Made by a program: the position numbers and the translations under genes. A stretch of 62,635 nt of DNA, the filler included, from Basidiobolus meristosporus CBS 931.73 (lineage: Eukaryota > Fungi > Basidiobolomycota), in NCBI GenBank assembly GCA_002104905.1. It is 4 parts of 4 records of this genome, joined end to end, with 100 filler letters (N's around TTAATTAATTAA, not from the genome) between each part and the next. Parts side by side here need not be neighbours in the genome. Positions count along the whole stretch, not along the records: positions 15,091 to 42,197 come from MCFE01000908.1; positions 42,298 to 58,946 come from MCFE01001114.1; 2 more parts are not named here. One strand, given 5' to 3'. Shown here in pieces: positions 38,645-51,850 of the stretch (positions within the stretch are counted from its first letter, which is position 1; each line of letters starts with the position of its first letter). The notes beneath the pieces were generated by a model. The model did no database searches, was not told where the DNA came from, and saw only the letters and a program-made list of their open reading frames with translations.

Positions 38645-41600
38645 TGTTGTAAAAATTTGTATTTCCACCTAAATATTCACCTAACTTAGTCACTTAGATC
38701 ATCACCTTCAAATCCTAGAGAATACTGACCAAATTCCTTGTTGGGATTTACTTAGAATATTTTCACCAAAATGCCAGGTACCCAGAACATGAAAATTCTC
38801 AAAGTTGTCCAAACAGCCCCAAACTTTGCACACATGTTCTTGGGACCTTTCTTAATCTATTTTATGTGTTTGTAATGCCAAGACCAGGTAAAAGTATAAA
38901 TACCACTTTTACATTCAATATATCATCAAGTGAAAACCACATAATCTACTTGTTCTCCCAATCACTTCCAATATCTCCAAGACTCTTACAACAGGTTATG
39001 AGCCCCAGGCTGTCACTCTCTGCAATGTCTACTACTGCTATTACTGGAATTTTTCCCTCTGCTGAAAAGTTGGATGGATCTAACTACCAAGTGTGGAAGG
39101 TGAAGATGAAGATGCTGCTACAAGAAAGAGGCCTTTGGGATATTGTCATGGGAGAAGAATGCCCTCCTAGAAATGTTGGAGAGGAAGCCTTAAAGTACCA
39201 GAAGAAAGATCAAAGTGCCTTTAACTGCATTTGCCTTAATGTTAAGGACAAATTGCTAATTCAATGCTCAAGAGCAAAAATGGCAAAGAATGCCTGGAAA
39301 GCATTAGAAGACACCTACCAGTCATGTTCAGCTGCCAAGAAGATGTATCTGAGACAAAAATTCTTTACTACAGAGATGCTGCCAGGAGAAGAAATGAAAA
39401 ATCTAATTAACAGAATTACCCTGTTGGTAGATGAGATGGAATCTGTGGGCATACCAACTACTGATGAGGATGTGATAGTTACCATCCTGAATAGCCTGAC
39501 AGACAAGTTTCAGGGCCTTGTATCAGCCCTAGAGTCCAGAACTGAAGATTTGACCTTAAATTATGTATAAGGAAGGCTCCTGGATGAAGAATTAAGAAAA
39601 TCAAGGGCCAATAAGAAGGAAGAAGAAAATGCTTTGATAAGCAATGATAGCCAACAAAGGAGATACCCAAGACCCTACAAAGGCAACAGCAACCTATTTT
39701 GCAACTACTGCAAAAGGAAAGGACACACATCAGACCGGTGTCTCAAAAAGAGAGATTATCAGCAAAAGAAGCCTGAATATGGAAATGCTGCAACAACTGA
39801 AGATAGACTATTCATATCTGCACTAAATATGACCACAAACAAGGATTCTCAGACGTGGTATATTGACTCTGGAGCTTCTCAACACTTTACACACCAAAAA
39901 CAACTTTTTACCCAATATCAAGAAATTCCAATTAAGAAGGTTTTCATGGGTGACGATAGAACACTTGATGCAGTGGGAGAAGGAACTATCCAAGTAAACC
40001 TTAGAAGCAGTGAAGGAAGCCATACACTGACCTTTAAAGAAGTACTCTATGTACCAGAAATAGCCAAGAACCTACTCTCTGTAAGCAAGGCCACAGCAGA
40101 AGGACTCAGTTTCAGTTTTGACAATTCTGGATGCAGGATCTCTGATCAAAATGGTGCCCATATTGCTTTGGGCATCAGAGATCAGAATCTATACAAGTCA
40201 ACTTATATTCCATCATACTTGGAAGCCAATATAAGTAACTTAAATAAAGAAACACCAATGCTTTGGCACAGGAGATTTGGACACATCAATTTTGATTATT
40301 TGCGTAAAATGATCAAAGATCTGCTAATTTCTGGAGTGAAAATTGATCCCCCAGCTAATTTGGAGCACTGTGAAGCCTGCATATATGGGAAACAAGCCAG
40401 ACAACTACTCAAGAGCTCTGGGTTAATCAGAACTAAGAAAAAATTAGATCTAATTCACTCAGATCTGTGTGGACCTATGCAAAATTTATCCTTAGGCGGG
40501 ATGAAGTATTTAATCACTTTTATTGATGATTATACAAGATACACATGGGTCTACTTCATGGAGAGAAAGGAAGAAGCTCTGTCTAAGTTCAGGGAGTTTA
40601 AAGCCATGGTGGAGAGAGAAACTGGTGAAAAAATCAAGAAAATACGCACTGACAATGGTGGAGAATAAACCTCAAAACTCTTCATCCACTTCTGCAAAAT
40701 TCATGGGATAAAGCAAGAGACTATTGTACCATACTCCCCACAGCAAAATGGAGTAGCAGAATGTGCTAACAGATCAATAATTGATATGGCAAGATCTATG
40801 ATCCATGATCAAAAATTATCCTATGATTTTTGGGCGGAATCAGTTGCCACTGCTGTATATCTTAAAAATAGGAGTTATAACAGAATACTTCGTGATTCTA
40901 CTCCATTTGAAGCATGGTATGGATACAGACCAAGTGCAGAACATCTAAGAATATTTGGGTGTACAGCATATGCCAAAAAACTGGCCGGAAATCAGTCAAA
41001 ATTTGAGCCAAAAAGTGAAAAATGCATATTTTTGGGCTACTGCAATGAGAGTAAGGCATACAGACTCTACAATACCAAAGAAAAAAAGCTTATCAAGTCC
41101 AGGGATGTGTTGTTTGATGAAAATTCAAAATTTTCACAAAAAATGACATCAGATGATGACAAAAATTTGATCTCCAGTCCACCAATTGTCAGGATTGAAT
41201 CAGAGCAAAACAATGAAAATTTTTTCACTCCAGAGGACTCTACAACCGTGGTTCAGCCAGAATCAGTGCCCAGGAATATCCCAGAAGTGATCATTCCAGT
41301 ATTAAATGCCTGGAGATCCAATCGGACAAGAAATAGCCCAAATTACTATATCAATGAGGGTACAAACTTAGCCTATGCCTATTCAGTCCATATTGATGAA
41401 CCCCAGACTGTAAAAGAGGCCCTAAATAGCCCTCAGACAAAGTTTTGGAGATCTGCAATGACTGAGGAATATCAGGCCCTGATGGAAAATCAAACTTGGG
41501 ACTTAGTCAAATTACCAATCAACCAAAAATCAATTGGATGCAGATGGGTCTTTAAGACAAAATACAAGGCTGATGGTACAATTGAAAGATACAAAGCAAG

Positions 41601-42197
41601 ACTTGTAGCCAAAGGATACTCTCAAACAAAAGGACTTGACTATACTGAGACCTTTGCACCGGTAGCCAAGTTTAATTCCATCAGATTAATATTGGCTATT
41701 GCAGCCAAATATAAGTTTTTTATTCATCAAATGGATGTAAAAACTGCATTTTTGAATGGAGAACTTGATGAGGACGTGTATATGGACCAGCCTGATGGGT
41801 TTGTTGACCAAGATAACCCCCATTTGGTCTGCAAGCTTAAAAAGTCACTATATGGTCTCAAACAATCACCGAGAGCCTGGAATTGCAAGATAGATTCTTA
41901 TTTGGAATCTTTGAGTTTCAAAAGAAGTAATGCTGACTATAGTATATACTATAAGCCAGATAGAGCAAATCCAGTTCTATTAGCTCTATATGTGGATGAT
42001 CTTATTATAGCCGCCAATAACCTAGAAACATTTGGAAGAGACTAAATCCAGCCTATCTAAGGAGTTCAAGATGTCCGATCTAGGAGAACTTAGTTACTAC
42101 TTAGGGATTAAGTTCTCCATAGACAGAAGTACCCAGACTATCACCCTAAGCCAATCCAAGTATATTCAAGATATACTAAAGAAGTACAAATGGAAGA
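38645..42197 (+). mobile_element. copia copy C: 5' LTR 38645-38993, PBS, gag-PR-IN-RT, ends at assembly gap
   Basis: gag KLDGSNYQVWKVKMKMLL, zinc knuckle CNYCKRKGHTSDRC, protease, integrase, RT; in-frame stops at 39570 and 40668 and a frameshift near 42032. Confidence 0.96.
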
Positions 42198-42297
42198 NNN
42201 NNNNNNNNNNNNNNNNNNNNNNNNNNNNNNNNNNNNNNNNNTTAATTAATTAANNNNNNNNNNNNNNNNNNNNNNNNNNNNNNNNNNNNNNNNNNNN
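42198..42297. other. assembly gap
   Basis: N run with TTAATTAATTAA. Confidence 0.99.
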
Positions 42298-43657
42298 AGC
42301 AAGCAGATATATGCTTGCAAGATGCCCAAAGATGAAATATTGACAAAAGGCCATCAGAATAACAACACATTACCTGCTAAATTCAAAGTTACTCAAAACT
42401 AACAACTCTCAAGATCTCAGGTACTATTTGATGGACATAATCAGATTGGTTGAAACTATGTGTGGACTACCAGTTGTTAGCAGTGGTTATGCTAATGAAG
42501 AGGTGAGTCTTCATAGTTGAAAATCTGGGTGGCATTGGCAAGATAGAAAAATCAAATGCCATTTGGTAAATGAGAGCAGCAATAATATAAAGGGCTAGCA
42601 GTAGGCTGCTACACTACAGTAGGGTTGAGATATATGATATGGGATGGAAATTCACCTTTTTATGCTAGCACCAAGTACAGCAATATCAGATGTAAAATCA
42701 TATGGGTAGCTGTAGAAAAAACTCAGCCAAGCTTACTATCCTGCTGATAGCATAATAGCAGAGAAACTTACCAAATCACTTACTAGAGACAAGTTTTGCA
42801 ATCTTGAACCAAAATTACAACTGGTCAGTATTGACACTTAATGGAGTGCAAGTACTCTGAGCATTGTATTGCCCCCATTTACTTACCAAACTTAGCCACA
42901 AAGATCATTGACCTTCAGTCAAAGTAAAGCTGGCCTAAATTTGCTATTAGTCTATTTATTTGGCACACTTTACTAAAGTATCCAGTACCCAGAGCATGGG
43001 TTTTTCAAGGGTGGCCAAGCAGTAGCATACCTTGAACACATGCTCTTGGGACCTTTGAAATATACCTTTCATGCTTTCTTGTTGAGATCATCTGAAGGAA
43101 AATATTACTTTTACATTCAATATATCATCAAGTGAAAGCAGCACTGTCTACTTGGCTCCCAATTACCAAAATATCTCCATACACTTTTGGTAAAGTAGCT
43201 GGTCCTATAAGACACTTTCAGCCATAATGCTGTGGCATATTTTGATTGTATAGAAGGTATATTGCATTTAGGAATAAGTTTGACAAGATATACAACTAGA
43301 TCTTCAAAGTTACTACTTTGAAAGATTGACTATTTCAGGCTCATAACTATTGTAAGAGTTTTAGAGATAGCATAAGTGATTGGGGAACAAGCAGATTATG
43401 TGGTTAACATTGTGATTTGTTGAACAAAAGTATATTTATACCTGACATAGTTTTGGTAAAGTATACACAAAGAATATCTTAAGGAAGGTCCCAAGAACAC
43501 GCACGCCTATTCTTGGCTCTTTGGACAGCTTTGCAAAACTCCATGATCTGGGAACCTGATGTTTGGCCAAATGTCCCAAGAAAATCCTAACAATGAATTT
43601 GGTCAGAGCTCTCCAGATTTGTAGATAATAATCCAAGTTACAAAATTGGGTGTATAT
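42298..43657. mobile_element. heavily decayed copia remnants: plus-strand RNase H end + old 3' LTR (~42848-43190), then a minus-strand PBS + old 5' LTR (~43338-43657)
   Basis: Degenerate similarity to family RNase H end and LTR; GGCTCATAAC (PBS reverse complement) at 43338-43347 next to TATTGTAAGAG. Confidence 0.6.
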
Positions 43658-44006
43658 TGTTGTAAGAGTTGTGGAGATATTGGAAGTGATTGGCAGGACA
43701 AGTAGATTATGTGGTTTCACTTAATGATTTAATGAATGTAAAAGTAGTATTTATACTTTTAACTGGTCTTGGCATTACAAGCATGTAGAATAGGTTAAGG
43801 AAGGTCCCAAGAGCATGTGTGCAAAGTTTGGGGCTGTTTGGACAACTATGAGAATTTTCATGTTCTGGGTACCTGGTATTTTGGTGAAAATATTCCAAGT
43901 AAATCCCAACAAGGAATTTTGGTTGGTATTCTCTAGGATCTGAAGGTGATGATCTAAGTGACTAAGTTAGGTGAATATTTAGGTGGAAATACAAATTTTT
44001 ACAACA
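43658..44006 (-). repeat. young solo LTR of the copia family
   Basis: TGTTGTAA...TTACAACA, no PBS or PPT adjacent; flanks TATAT/TATTT (imperfect TSD). Confidence 0.88.
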
Positions 44007-45062
44007 TATTTGGATGCAATCACAAATCTCTACAGTGTTCCTAAACATGTTTGACATATCTAATTAGTCATGACCATGTAAAGTTTTATTACATATTCAT
44101 ATCTAATAATATATCAAGCAAGCAATCTTTTGTTTGCTGACACTTCCAATGACTCTCAATACTACCACAGCACTTGCAACTTTCTGTACTCACCTGCAGA
44201 AGCTCCTTCACTCAAGGTATGTGCTGATGCAAACATAATAGGCTGCTAGCAGATCTACTAGAACCCACCACTTGAGGGGTAACTGTGCTTTAATATTGGG
44301 CATCCATTACTTTAGTGCACACTAAGCAGCTCTATGCCATTCCAAAATTACAAGTTACTTCTTTTTTGGGTCTCCTGTGAGCAGTCAAGTCCTAGCACCA
44401 TACTAGTCAATCTTTGCAACAGCTACAGGCAATAATATTGAGCATTATCTATGATAGTGCTCTCAGACAAGAGTAGCAACATCCCATAGTATAAGCCCAT
44501 ATTCCAGAACCATAGTGTAGGCACTTTGATGAGTGTTTCCCTGCTGCAAATTTCTGTTTTGTTTACTAGTGTTATATCCAGCCTATCTGCAACAGAGGGG
44601 CCAAAGGCTGTGCTAAAGAAGTACCATCATTTAAAAGCTACTCAAGCCACTGAAGAATTGCTTGACTATCTCTTAGTTGATCTAGTGGCCAAATAGAAGT
44701 CTTTTACTGGCCTGTCTTTCCAGCAATTGTGAAGTTTAGGCTGGTCTGTATTAACAATATCAGTTGCCACACACTGCAGCTTTGTCCTACAATTATGTGC
44801 TTCTGTCTTGGTTAGACTTTGCTTCCATTTACTCAACTTCACTACTGTGAGGCCCATCACTGCTGCTGATACTCTGTGCCAAGGGCTGGATATGTCTAAT
44901 ACACATAATCCTACAGAGTACTGTTGCAACACTAATAAGTTACAGATGTGCTCTGATGATGGAAAAAGCCAGGAGAGACTTTACTCATTTTGCAGGCCAA
45001 TCCCTTAACACTTGTAGAGATGAAAATAATCACAATACTAGTAGCTCCCTGCATCTCATATC

Positions 45063-45411
45063 TGTTGTGATTATTCAGTTGTCACCAAAATATTGATGCT
45101 AACTAAGTCACAGAGATCTTACTCCTTGATTGACATTCTGTCCTGACCAAATTTCTTGTCAGGATTTAATTAGAATATTTTTACCAAATTATCAGGTACC
45201 CAGATTATGAACTTTATCAAAGTTGTCCCAAAGCCCTCAAACTTTGCACACATATTCTTAGGACCTTCCTTAACAAACTCTACACATTTGTTTGCTCCAC
45301 TTTATCAAAAGTATAAATACCATACTTTTGAAAAATAAATCTACAAGTGAATAACATGTAAATCCTCTAGTTCTCCACATCACTTCCAATACTCCTCAGA
45401 ACATTGTAACA
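45063..45411 (+). repeat. solo LTR, divergent subfamily, with 5-bp TSD ATATC
   Basis: TGTTGTGA...TTGTAACA; ATATC at 45058-45062 and 45412-45416. Confidence 0.9.
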
Positions 45412-46807
45412 ATATCATACTGAAAGTACACTCAAGCTTCAAACCCTTGCTTGTAAAGTCACAGTATGAGTTGTTTTACTTGCCTCATGTTCAGTACTCC
45501 CTGTGGAGTTTTGATAGAATGTTCTTAGCTAAAAACTGTATTTGACAATTGAACATCCAATCTACCTATCAGAATCACCCCTTAGCTGTGCAGCCCAATG
45601 CACTCTATTTACAAGTTGAGTTAGTTAGTACTGTTAATAGACAGCACCAGTGGAGCTTGTATGTACCATTTGACAAGTCTGTCTGGCTGTTGTGTTATTT
45701 CCTTCATGCATGCAAATGCGGAATTCTCCTAGCATTATTGCTCTGTACAGTAGTTCATGGTGTCCATAGGTGTGGAGTACAAGTTTATCACCATATTCTT
45801 TTGTGGACTAGTGGGCTATATTACAATGTACTTCCGATTCATTCCTAAAAGCTCTGCCGCGGATCAATGGTTGGCAAAACTATGGAAGTAAGGTTGCTGA
45901 GCAATGAATTCAGAATTTTTTCGTACTCAGGGTTGCATGATAAGCTATCATTCCCATTTTAGGACTATTGATTACCATGTTGCGTACAATTACCGGCACG
46001 CTGAGTGGATTGAATAGCTTGTTCAGGGCAATCTTATACACGAGGTGGACTGCCACATGTGCACCCATAGCAGTGGAGATTCTAAACAACACATCAATGC
46101 ATGTTTTCTTCTCATTCCTAAGTCTCTGTTCCCATTACGGTTGCTCACAAACAGCTTATGAGACATTATGCTTGGGGAGATTGTGTGGCTGGTATAAACG
46201 AGAACTTGCTGGTATGTTTCGAGCATCCATGTACCTGAGACAACTTCGGCGATGTAAGGGTCCAGGAGGACAAATGTTGAGAATTCATGTACTTTTCGTG
46301 GTCTCTCTGCAACCCCCGGCCAAATAGTTTGAAGTCAGGAATTGACTCCATAACGGATAGGTTAGAAATCACAAGTAATTGGGACTATACCAAAGGCTGC
46401 TTACATCAGGTTAGTTGGCAGGCTATTAGTGCACGGCTGTTTGTGCGTGCATCCGCAGTTATATCGCATAATATGCTTTGGCCAAAGCTTAGAATATTCA
46501 TCCTGATAAGACAAATTTAGTTAATCTACTGTACGTGTGGTGGCAGGCGTACGCTTAGCCAAATCTGGTTGTATCATCAATAACAACACCTGGATCCAGT
46601 GATTTGGAAATTTTGTTGGCGCGCTTCTTTTGTTGTGATTTCCCATTTCCAAGGCATTGTCTCAATATTAGACTATACCAGCTGCTGCTTCGCACTTCCG
46701 TCAACACTGATCAGCCTTTCAGCTGCGGACGTTGACTTTAAATTCCTGCACCATCCGTTGGTGAAGGTTATTTATTATATCATTGTTCATTTGGACCGAC
46801 TGATCCA

Positions 46808-48025
46808 ATGTCTATGAAGTGCGCCGTCTTTAGTAAGCCAGGAAGTGACCTAGTGGTGGTCAAAAGGCCAATTCCAACCCCAGGTCCCGGTGAAGTTTTG
46901 ATCAAGGTGGAGGCTTGCGGAGTATGCCACTCGTAAGATTTATCAAGGAACATCACACACCCGCCAACAGTACTAAGATTTCCCAGTGATTGCGTCCTGC
47001 AACATAATGCAATGCCTGGCATCAACTATCCGGTGACTCCTGGTCATGAGGTGGTTGGCAGAATCCAGAAACTGGGAGAGAATGTACGAAATACTCAGCA
47101 CAAAGCAAGCAGCGGTTACTAACTTTGGTTTTAGGTTTGTTCGCTCTATACTCAAGGCATGAGAGTGGGTGTTGGGTGGAGTGCAGGCTACTGCAGCACA
47201 TGCGAAGCGTGTCGTCGTGGCTCATTCATTGATTGCGAGAAGCACTGGGTAACTGGAGTTAGACAAGGCGGAGGATACGCGCAGTACATGGTGGCCAGGC
47301 AAAGTGCTTTATGCAGAATCCCTGATGAGTTGAGTTCCGCTGAGGCTGCACCATTATTGTGTGCAGGAATTACTGTCTACAACTCGATGAGACATATGGA
47401 CAACATTCATCCAGGGGATATCTGCGCTGTTGTTGGGATAGGTGGCTTAGGCCATCTTGCAATTCAATACGCAAACAAGTTTGGCTACCGAACGGTAGCT
47501 CTTTCCAGCTCGGCAAGCAAGCAAGAACTGGCCAAAAGCTTAGGTGCGCATGTGTACATTGATCAGTCCAAACAAGATGCAGTTGAGGAACTAAAGAAGT
47601 TGGGTGGAGCCAAGCTAATTGTTGTGGCTGCACCTGGAGGAGATGTATCGAAGTTGGTCGAGGGTATGGCTTTTGGTGGGACATTGTTGGTAGTGTCTAT
47701 GTTGCCCGAACCAATACAGATTGACTCGCTAAGTCTGATCCTCAAGAGAGCGCAAGTTCGTGGGTGGCCTAGTGGCACCCACAAGGTATGTGTGTCCGCT
47801 CAGATTACTTGAAAAGTACAATAGGTTATTGAGCACAATTTACAGGACGCTGAGGACGCTTTGAACTTCTCCGCGCTGAGTAACACTAAGCCACTGGTAC
47901 AAACTTACCCACTCAAGCAAGCTAAGAAGGCATATGAAGATATGATGAATGGGAAGCCTAAATGCCGCGCGGTTATTGTTTTTGATGAGAGTGAAACACA
48001 GGTTTCGTGCTGTAGCTTGCTTTAA
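46808..48025 (+). CDS. zinc-dependent medium-chain alcohol dehydrogenase (AdhP/CAD-like), three introns
   Basis: EACGVCHSD, GHEVVG, structural Zn CSTCEACRRGSFIDC, APLLCAGITVYN, GIGGLGHLA; stop 48023-48025. Confidence 0.93.
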
Positions 48026-48882
48026 CATGTGAGAAGCCCAGATTCCATACTGTAAATGATTTTAACTGATGCCGGTCCCTACTCCATGCCCACCACTCTC
48101 TGTAGTATTTATTTGTTGACAGAGTCGTTGCCTTGCCAAGTACCTCAATTACAAATATTTGTTCTGAATAGAGATATCTTTATTAAGCTTATTACAAAAT
48201 AGCTTAACAGTTGAAAAGTTGAGTCAAAAAATATTATCCTTAGCTCTGTGGAAGCACTGACAAGAAGCTTATGTAGACAACCAAAAGATCCCAGTGATAC
48301 TACATATCCCTAATGGTGCAAGCTCAATCACTTGTATATTCAATCATTGTCAATGTGGGAGTTGCCTTGCTCAGCCTAACTTTTGCATTGGCCTCTTAAT
48401 CTGATAGACGTGGTACATTCACAAATACCTATGGCTGCAATGAACCACACCTATGTCTGTTAATTAGGTTGTTTGTCACTGGATTAGTGCTTGCTGTTGC
48501 AGCTTGTTCTTGTGAAGCATATATCCACTAACTGCTCCATCTAATATAATGATCTTATAAATACTTACCAAGGTTGATTAGACTTACATTACTTACACTT
48601 TCAATGCATTTACTAGAGGGTGATCAATCCCAGTATAGAGTGCTGAAAGGTGGACTAGGCATGATTCAAGAAGGATTTCTCTGGGTTGAATAGGGTATCA
48701 CATTATGTGCTCTCATCTACCAATGAAAATAGCATTTATCCATTAGCCAAAATGGCTCACCAATAAATCCTGTTGGCTGCTTCTCTTGCTCCCTCTGCTC
48801 ATCATATGTTGATAGTTGAGTATGAGCAACCTTTTCTACTTGTGGGAAGCTGGATACCGGCCCATATTTATAGTCTACATTG

Positions 48883-50990
48883 TGTTGTAAAAATTTGTAA
48901 TTCAACCTAGATATTCACCTAGCTTAGTGACTTAGATCATTACCCTCAAATCCTTGAGAATACTGACCAAATTCCTTGTTGGGATTTACTTGGAGTATTA
49001 TCACCAAAATACAGGTACCCAAAACATGAAAATTCTCAAAGTTGTCCAAACAGCCCCAGACCTTGCACACATGTTCTTAGGACCTTCCTTAGTCTATTCT
49101 GCGTGTTTGTAATGCCAAGACCATGTAAAAGTATAAATACCACTTTTACATTCAATAAATCATTAAGTGAAAACCATATAATCTACTTGTCCTCCCAATC
49201 ACTTCCAATATGTCCAAGACTCTTGCAGCAGGCTATGAGCCCCAAGCTGTCAATCTCTGAAATGTCTGCCACTGCCATTACTGGAATTTTCCCCTCTGCT
49301 GAAAAGTTGGATGGATCCAACTACCAAGTGTCAAAGGTGAAGATGCAGATGCTGCTACAAGAAATAGGCCTTTGGGATATTGTCATGGGAGAAGAATGCC
49401 CTCCTAAACCTGTGGGAGAGGAAGCCTTAAATTATCAGAAGAAAGAATAAAGTACCTTTAACTGCAAATGCCTTAATGTTAAAGACAAATTGCTAATTTA
49501 ATGCTCAAGAACAAAAACAGCAAAGAATGCCTGGAAGGCATTAAAAGACACCTACCAGTCATGTTCAGCGGCTAAGAAAATGTGTCTAAGAGAAAAACTC
49601 TTTACTAAAAAGATGCTGCCAGGAGAAGAAATGAAAAAATTTAATTAACAGAAATACCTTGCTGGTAGATGAGATGGAATCTGTGAGCATACCAGCTACT
49701 GATGAGGATGCAGCAGTTACCATCCTGAATAGCCTGACAGACAAGTCTCAGGGCCTTGTATCAGCCCTAGAGTCCAGAACTGAAGATTTGACCTAAATTA
49801 CATATATGGAAGGCTCCTGGATGAAGAATTATAAAAATCAAGTGCCAATAAGAACAAAGAAGAAAATGCTTTAATAAGCAATGATAGCCAACAAAGAAGG
49901 CACTTAAGACCCTGCAAATACAACAGCAGCCTGCTCAGAAACCACTGCAACAGGAAAGGACACACATCAGACCAGTGCTTCAAAAAGAGAAATAATCAGC
50001 AAAAGAAGCCTTGATATGAAAATGCTGCAACAACTGAAGATAGACTATTCATATCTGCACTAAATATGACCACAAACAAGGATTTTAAGATGTGGTCTAT
50101 TGACTCTGGAGCATCTCAACACTTTGCACACCAAAAAGAACTTTTTACTCAATATCAAGAAATTCCAATTAAGAAGGGTCTCATGGGTGACAATACAACA
50201 CTTGATGCAGTGGGAGAAGGAACTATTCATGTAAGCCTAAGAAGCAGTGAAGGAAGCCATACACTACCTTCAAAGAAGTACTCTATGTACCAGAAATAGC
50301 CAAAAACCTACTATCTGTAAGCAAGTCCACAGCAGAAGGACCCAGTTTCAGCTTTGACAGTTCTGGATACAAGATCACTGATCAAAATGGTGCCCAATTA
50401 GCTTTGGGTATCAGAGATCAGAATCTATACAATATGAGTTATATTCCATTATATCTGGAAGCCAATATGAGTAACTTAAATGAAGAAACACCAATGCTTT
50501 GGCACAGAAGATTGGGACATATCAATTTTGATTATTTGTGCAAAATAATCAAAGATCAGCTAATTTCTGGAGTAAGTATGATCCCCCCGCTAATTTGGAG
50601 CACTGAGAGGCCTGTATATATGGGAAACAAGCCAGGCAACCATTGAAGAGCTTTGGGTTAATCAAAACTAAGAAAAAATTAGATCTAATTCACCCAGGTC
50701 TGTGTGGACCTATGCAAAATTTATCCTTTGGTGGGATGAAGTACTGAATCACCTTTATTGATGATTATGCAAGATACACATGGGTCTACTTCATAGAGAG
50801 AAAGGAAGGAGCACTGTCTAAGCTCAGGGAGTTCAAGGTTGTGGTGGAAAGAGAAACTGGTGAAAAAATCAAGAAAATACACTCTGACAATGGTGGAGAA
50901 CATACCTCAAAACTCTTCATCCACTTCTGCAAAATTCATGGGATAAAGCACAAGACTACTGTACCATACTCTCCACAGCAAAATGGCGTA
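48883..50990 (+). mobile_element. copia copy D: 5' LTR 48883-49230, PBS, decayed gag/PR/IN, truncated inside integrase
   Basis: Homologous to copy C up to ...CAGCAAAATGGCGTAG (QQNGV motif), after which the sequence switches to TAGGGTTAGGG and an unrelated RT element. Confidence 0.93.
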
Positions 50991-51850
50991 GGGTTAGGGG
51001 GGAGACAGTCACCAACAGGTCAAATCTTTATTTCAGTTGAAACAAAGAAGCCAGCCCTACTGTTGTAGCTTTGATACAAGAATGTGTACATGAGGGGAGT
51101 TTATAGGTAAGTTAATAAGAAGTGATGACAGTTCTTCAGTGCTTGAGACACTGTTCAGTGGGAAGGGGGGTAGCAAGAGTGGTAAGAATGACCTGTGATC
51201 AACATTAATGAGGGGAATGTGATTAGGATTAATGTTCATCATAAAGGGAGTGTGCTGCTGCAGATATTGCTGCCAAAGGTCTGTCAAGTACTTCAGGTAG
51301 GCCAGCTTAGGTTTTTCTGACTGCAGAATATAGTGAGCAAACTTCTTGACTTCAGGATCTCCAAGTATAGTTCTTCAGCAGGAGCCAGGTGTAGTGTGGT
51401 GTGTTCTCTTCCATGCCTTAATCAGTGGGTTGTTGCAGTGGTGAAGTCTGAGATATACTCTGGTTCTAAAGTAGAGAAGTCTGATCTTATAGGGCATAAA
51501 CCCAAAAGCACCAAGAATAGCATGTTTGTAGGGGCATTCAGGCAAATGAGGCACCAAGGAGGTAATGCACCATACTGCAAGCTTGTCAAGCTTAGTGCAG
51601 TCTCTAGCAGTAAGAGAGAGAAGTGGTTAGCCAAATTCCATGACAGGGAAGACAAACTGCTTGAGTAGAAGGAGGCAGCTGGGAGCTGAAGTTGTAGGGG
51701 GAGTAACGGCCAGTAGCTTGTGGAGTGCCTGTCTTGCCAGGATAATTCTACTCTTCAGGTGTGCTCCAGAGTCTAGTCCAGTAGGAAAGAAAGGAAAGCC
51801 AAGATATGTATTAGAAGCCTGAGCAGGTAGAGTGGATGTTGTGCATCAAC
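50989..51850 (-). mobile_element. 5'-truncated non-LTR RT element, family B, with conserved 3' tail
   Basis: Translation TYLGFPFF..LDSGAHLKSRIILARQALHKLL..LLKQFVFPVMEFG..LVPHLP..GAFGFMPYKIR..LWQQYLQQHTPF aligns with the C-terminal half of the 603-aa RT at 56130-57941; contains stops. Confidence 0.85.

Noticed and set aside
51330-51660. In-frame TGA/TAA in RT-B as recoding
   Set aside because: The TGA aligns with Trp (TGG) in RT-A and the copy is 5'-truncated; ordinary decay explains it.
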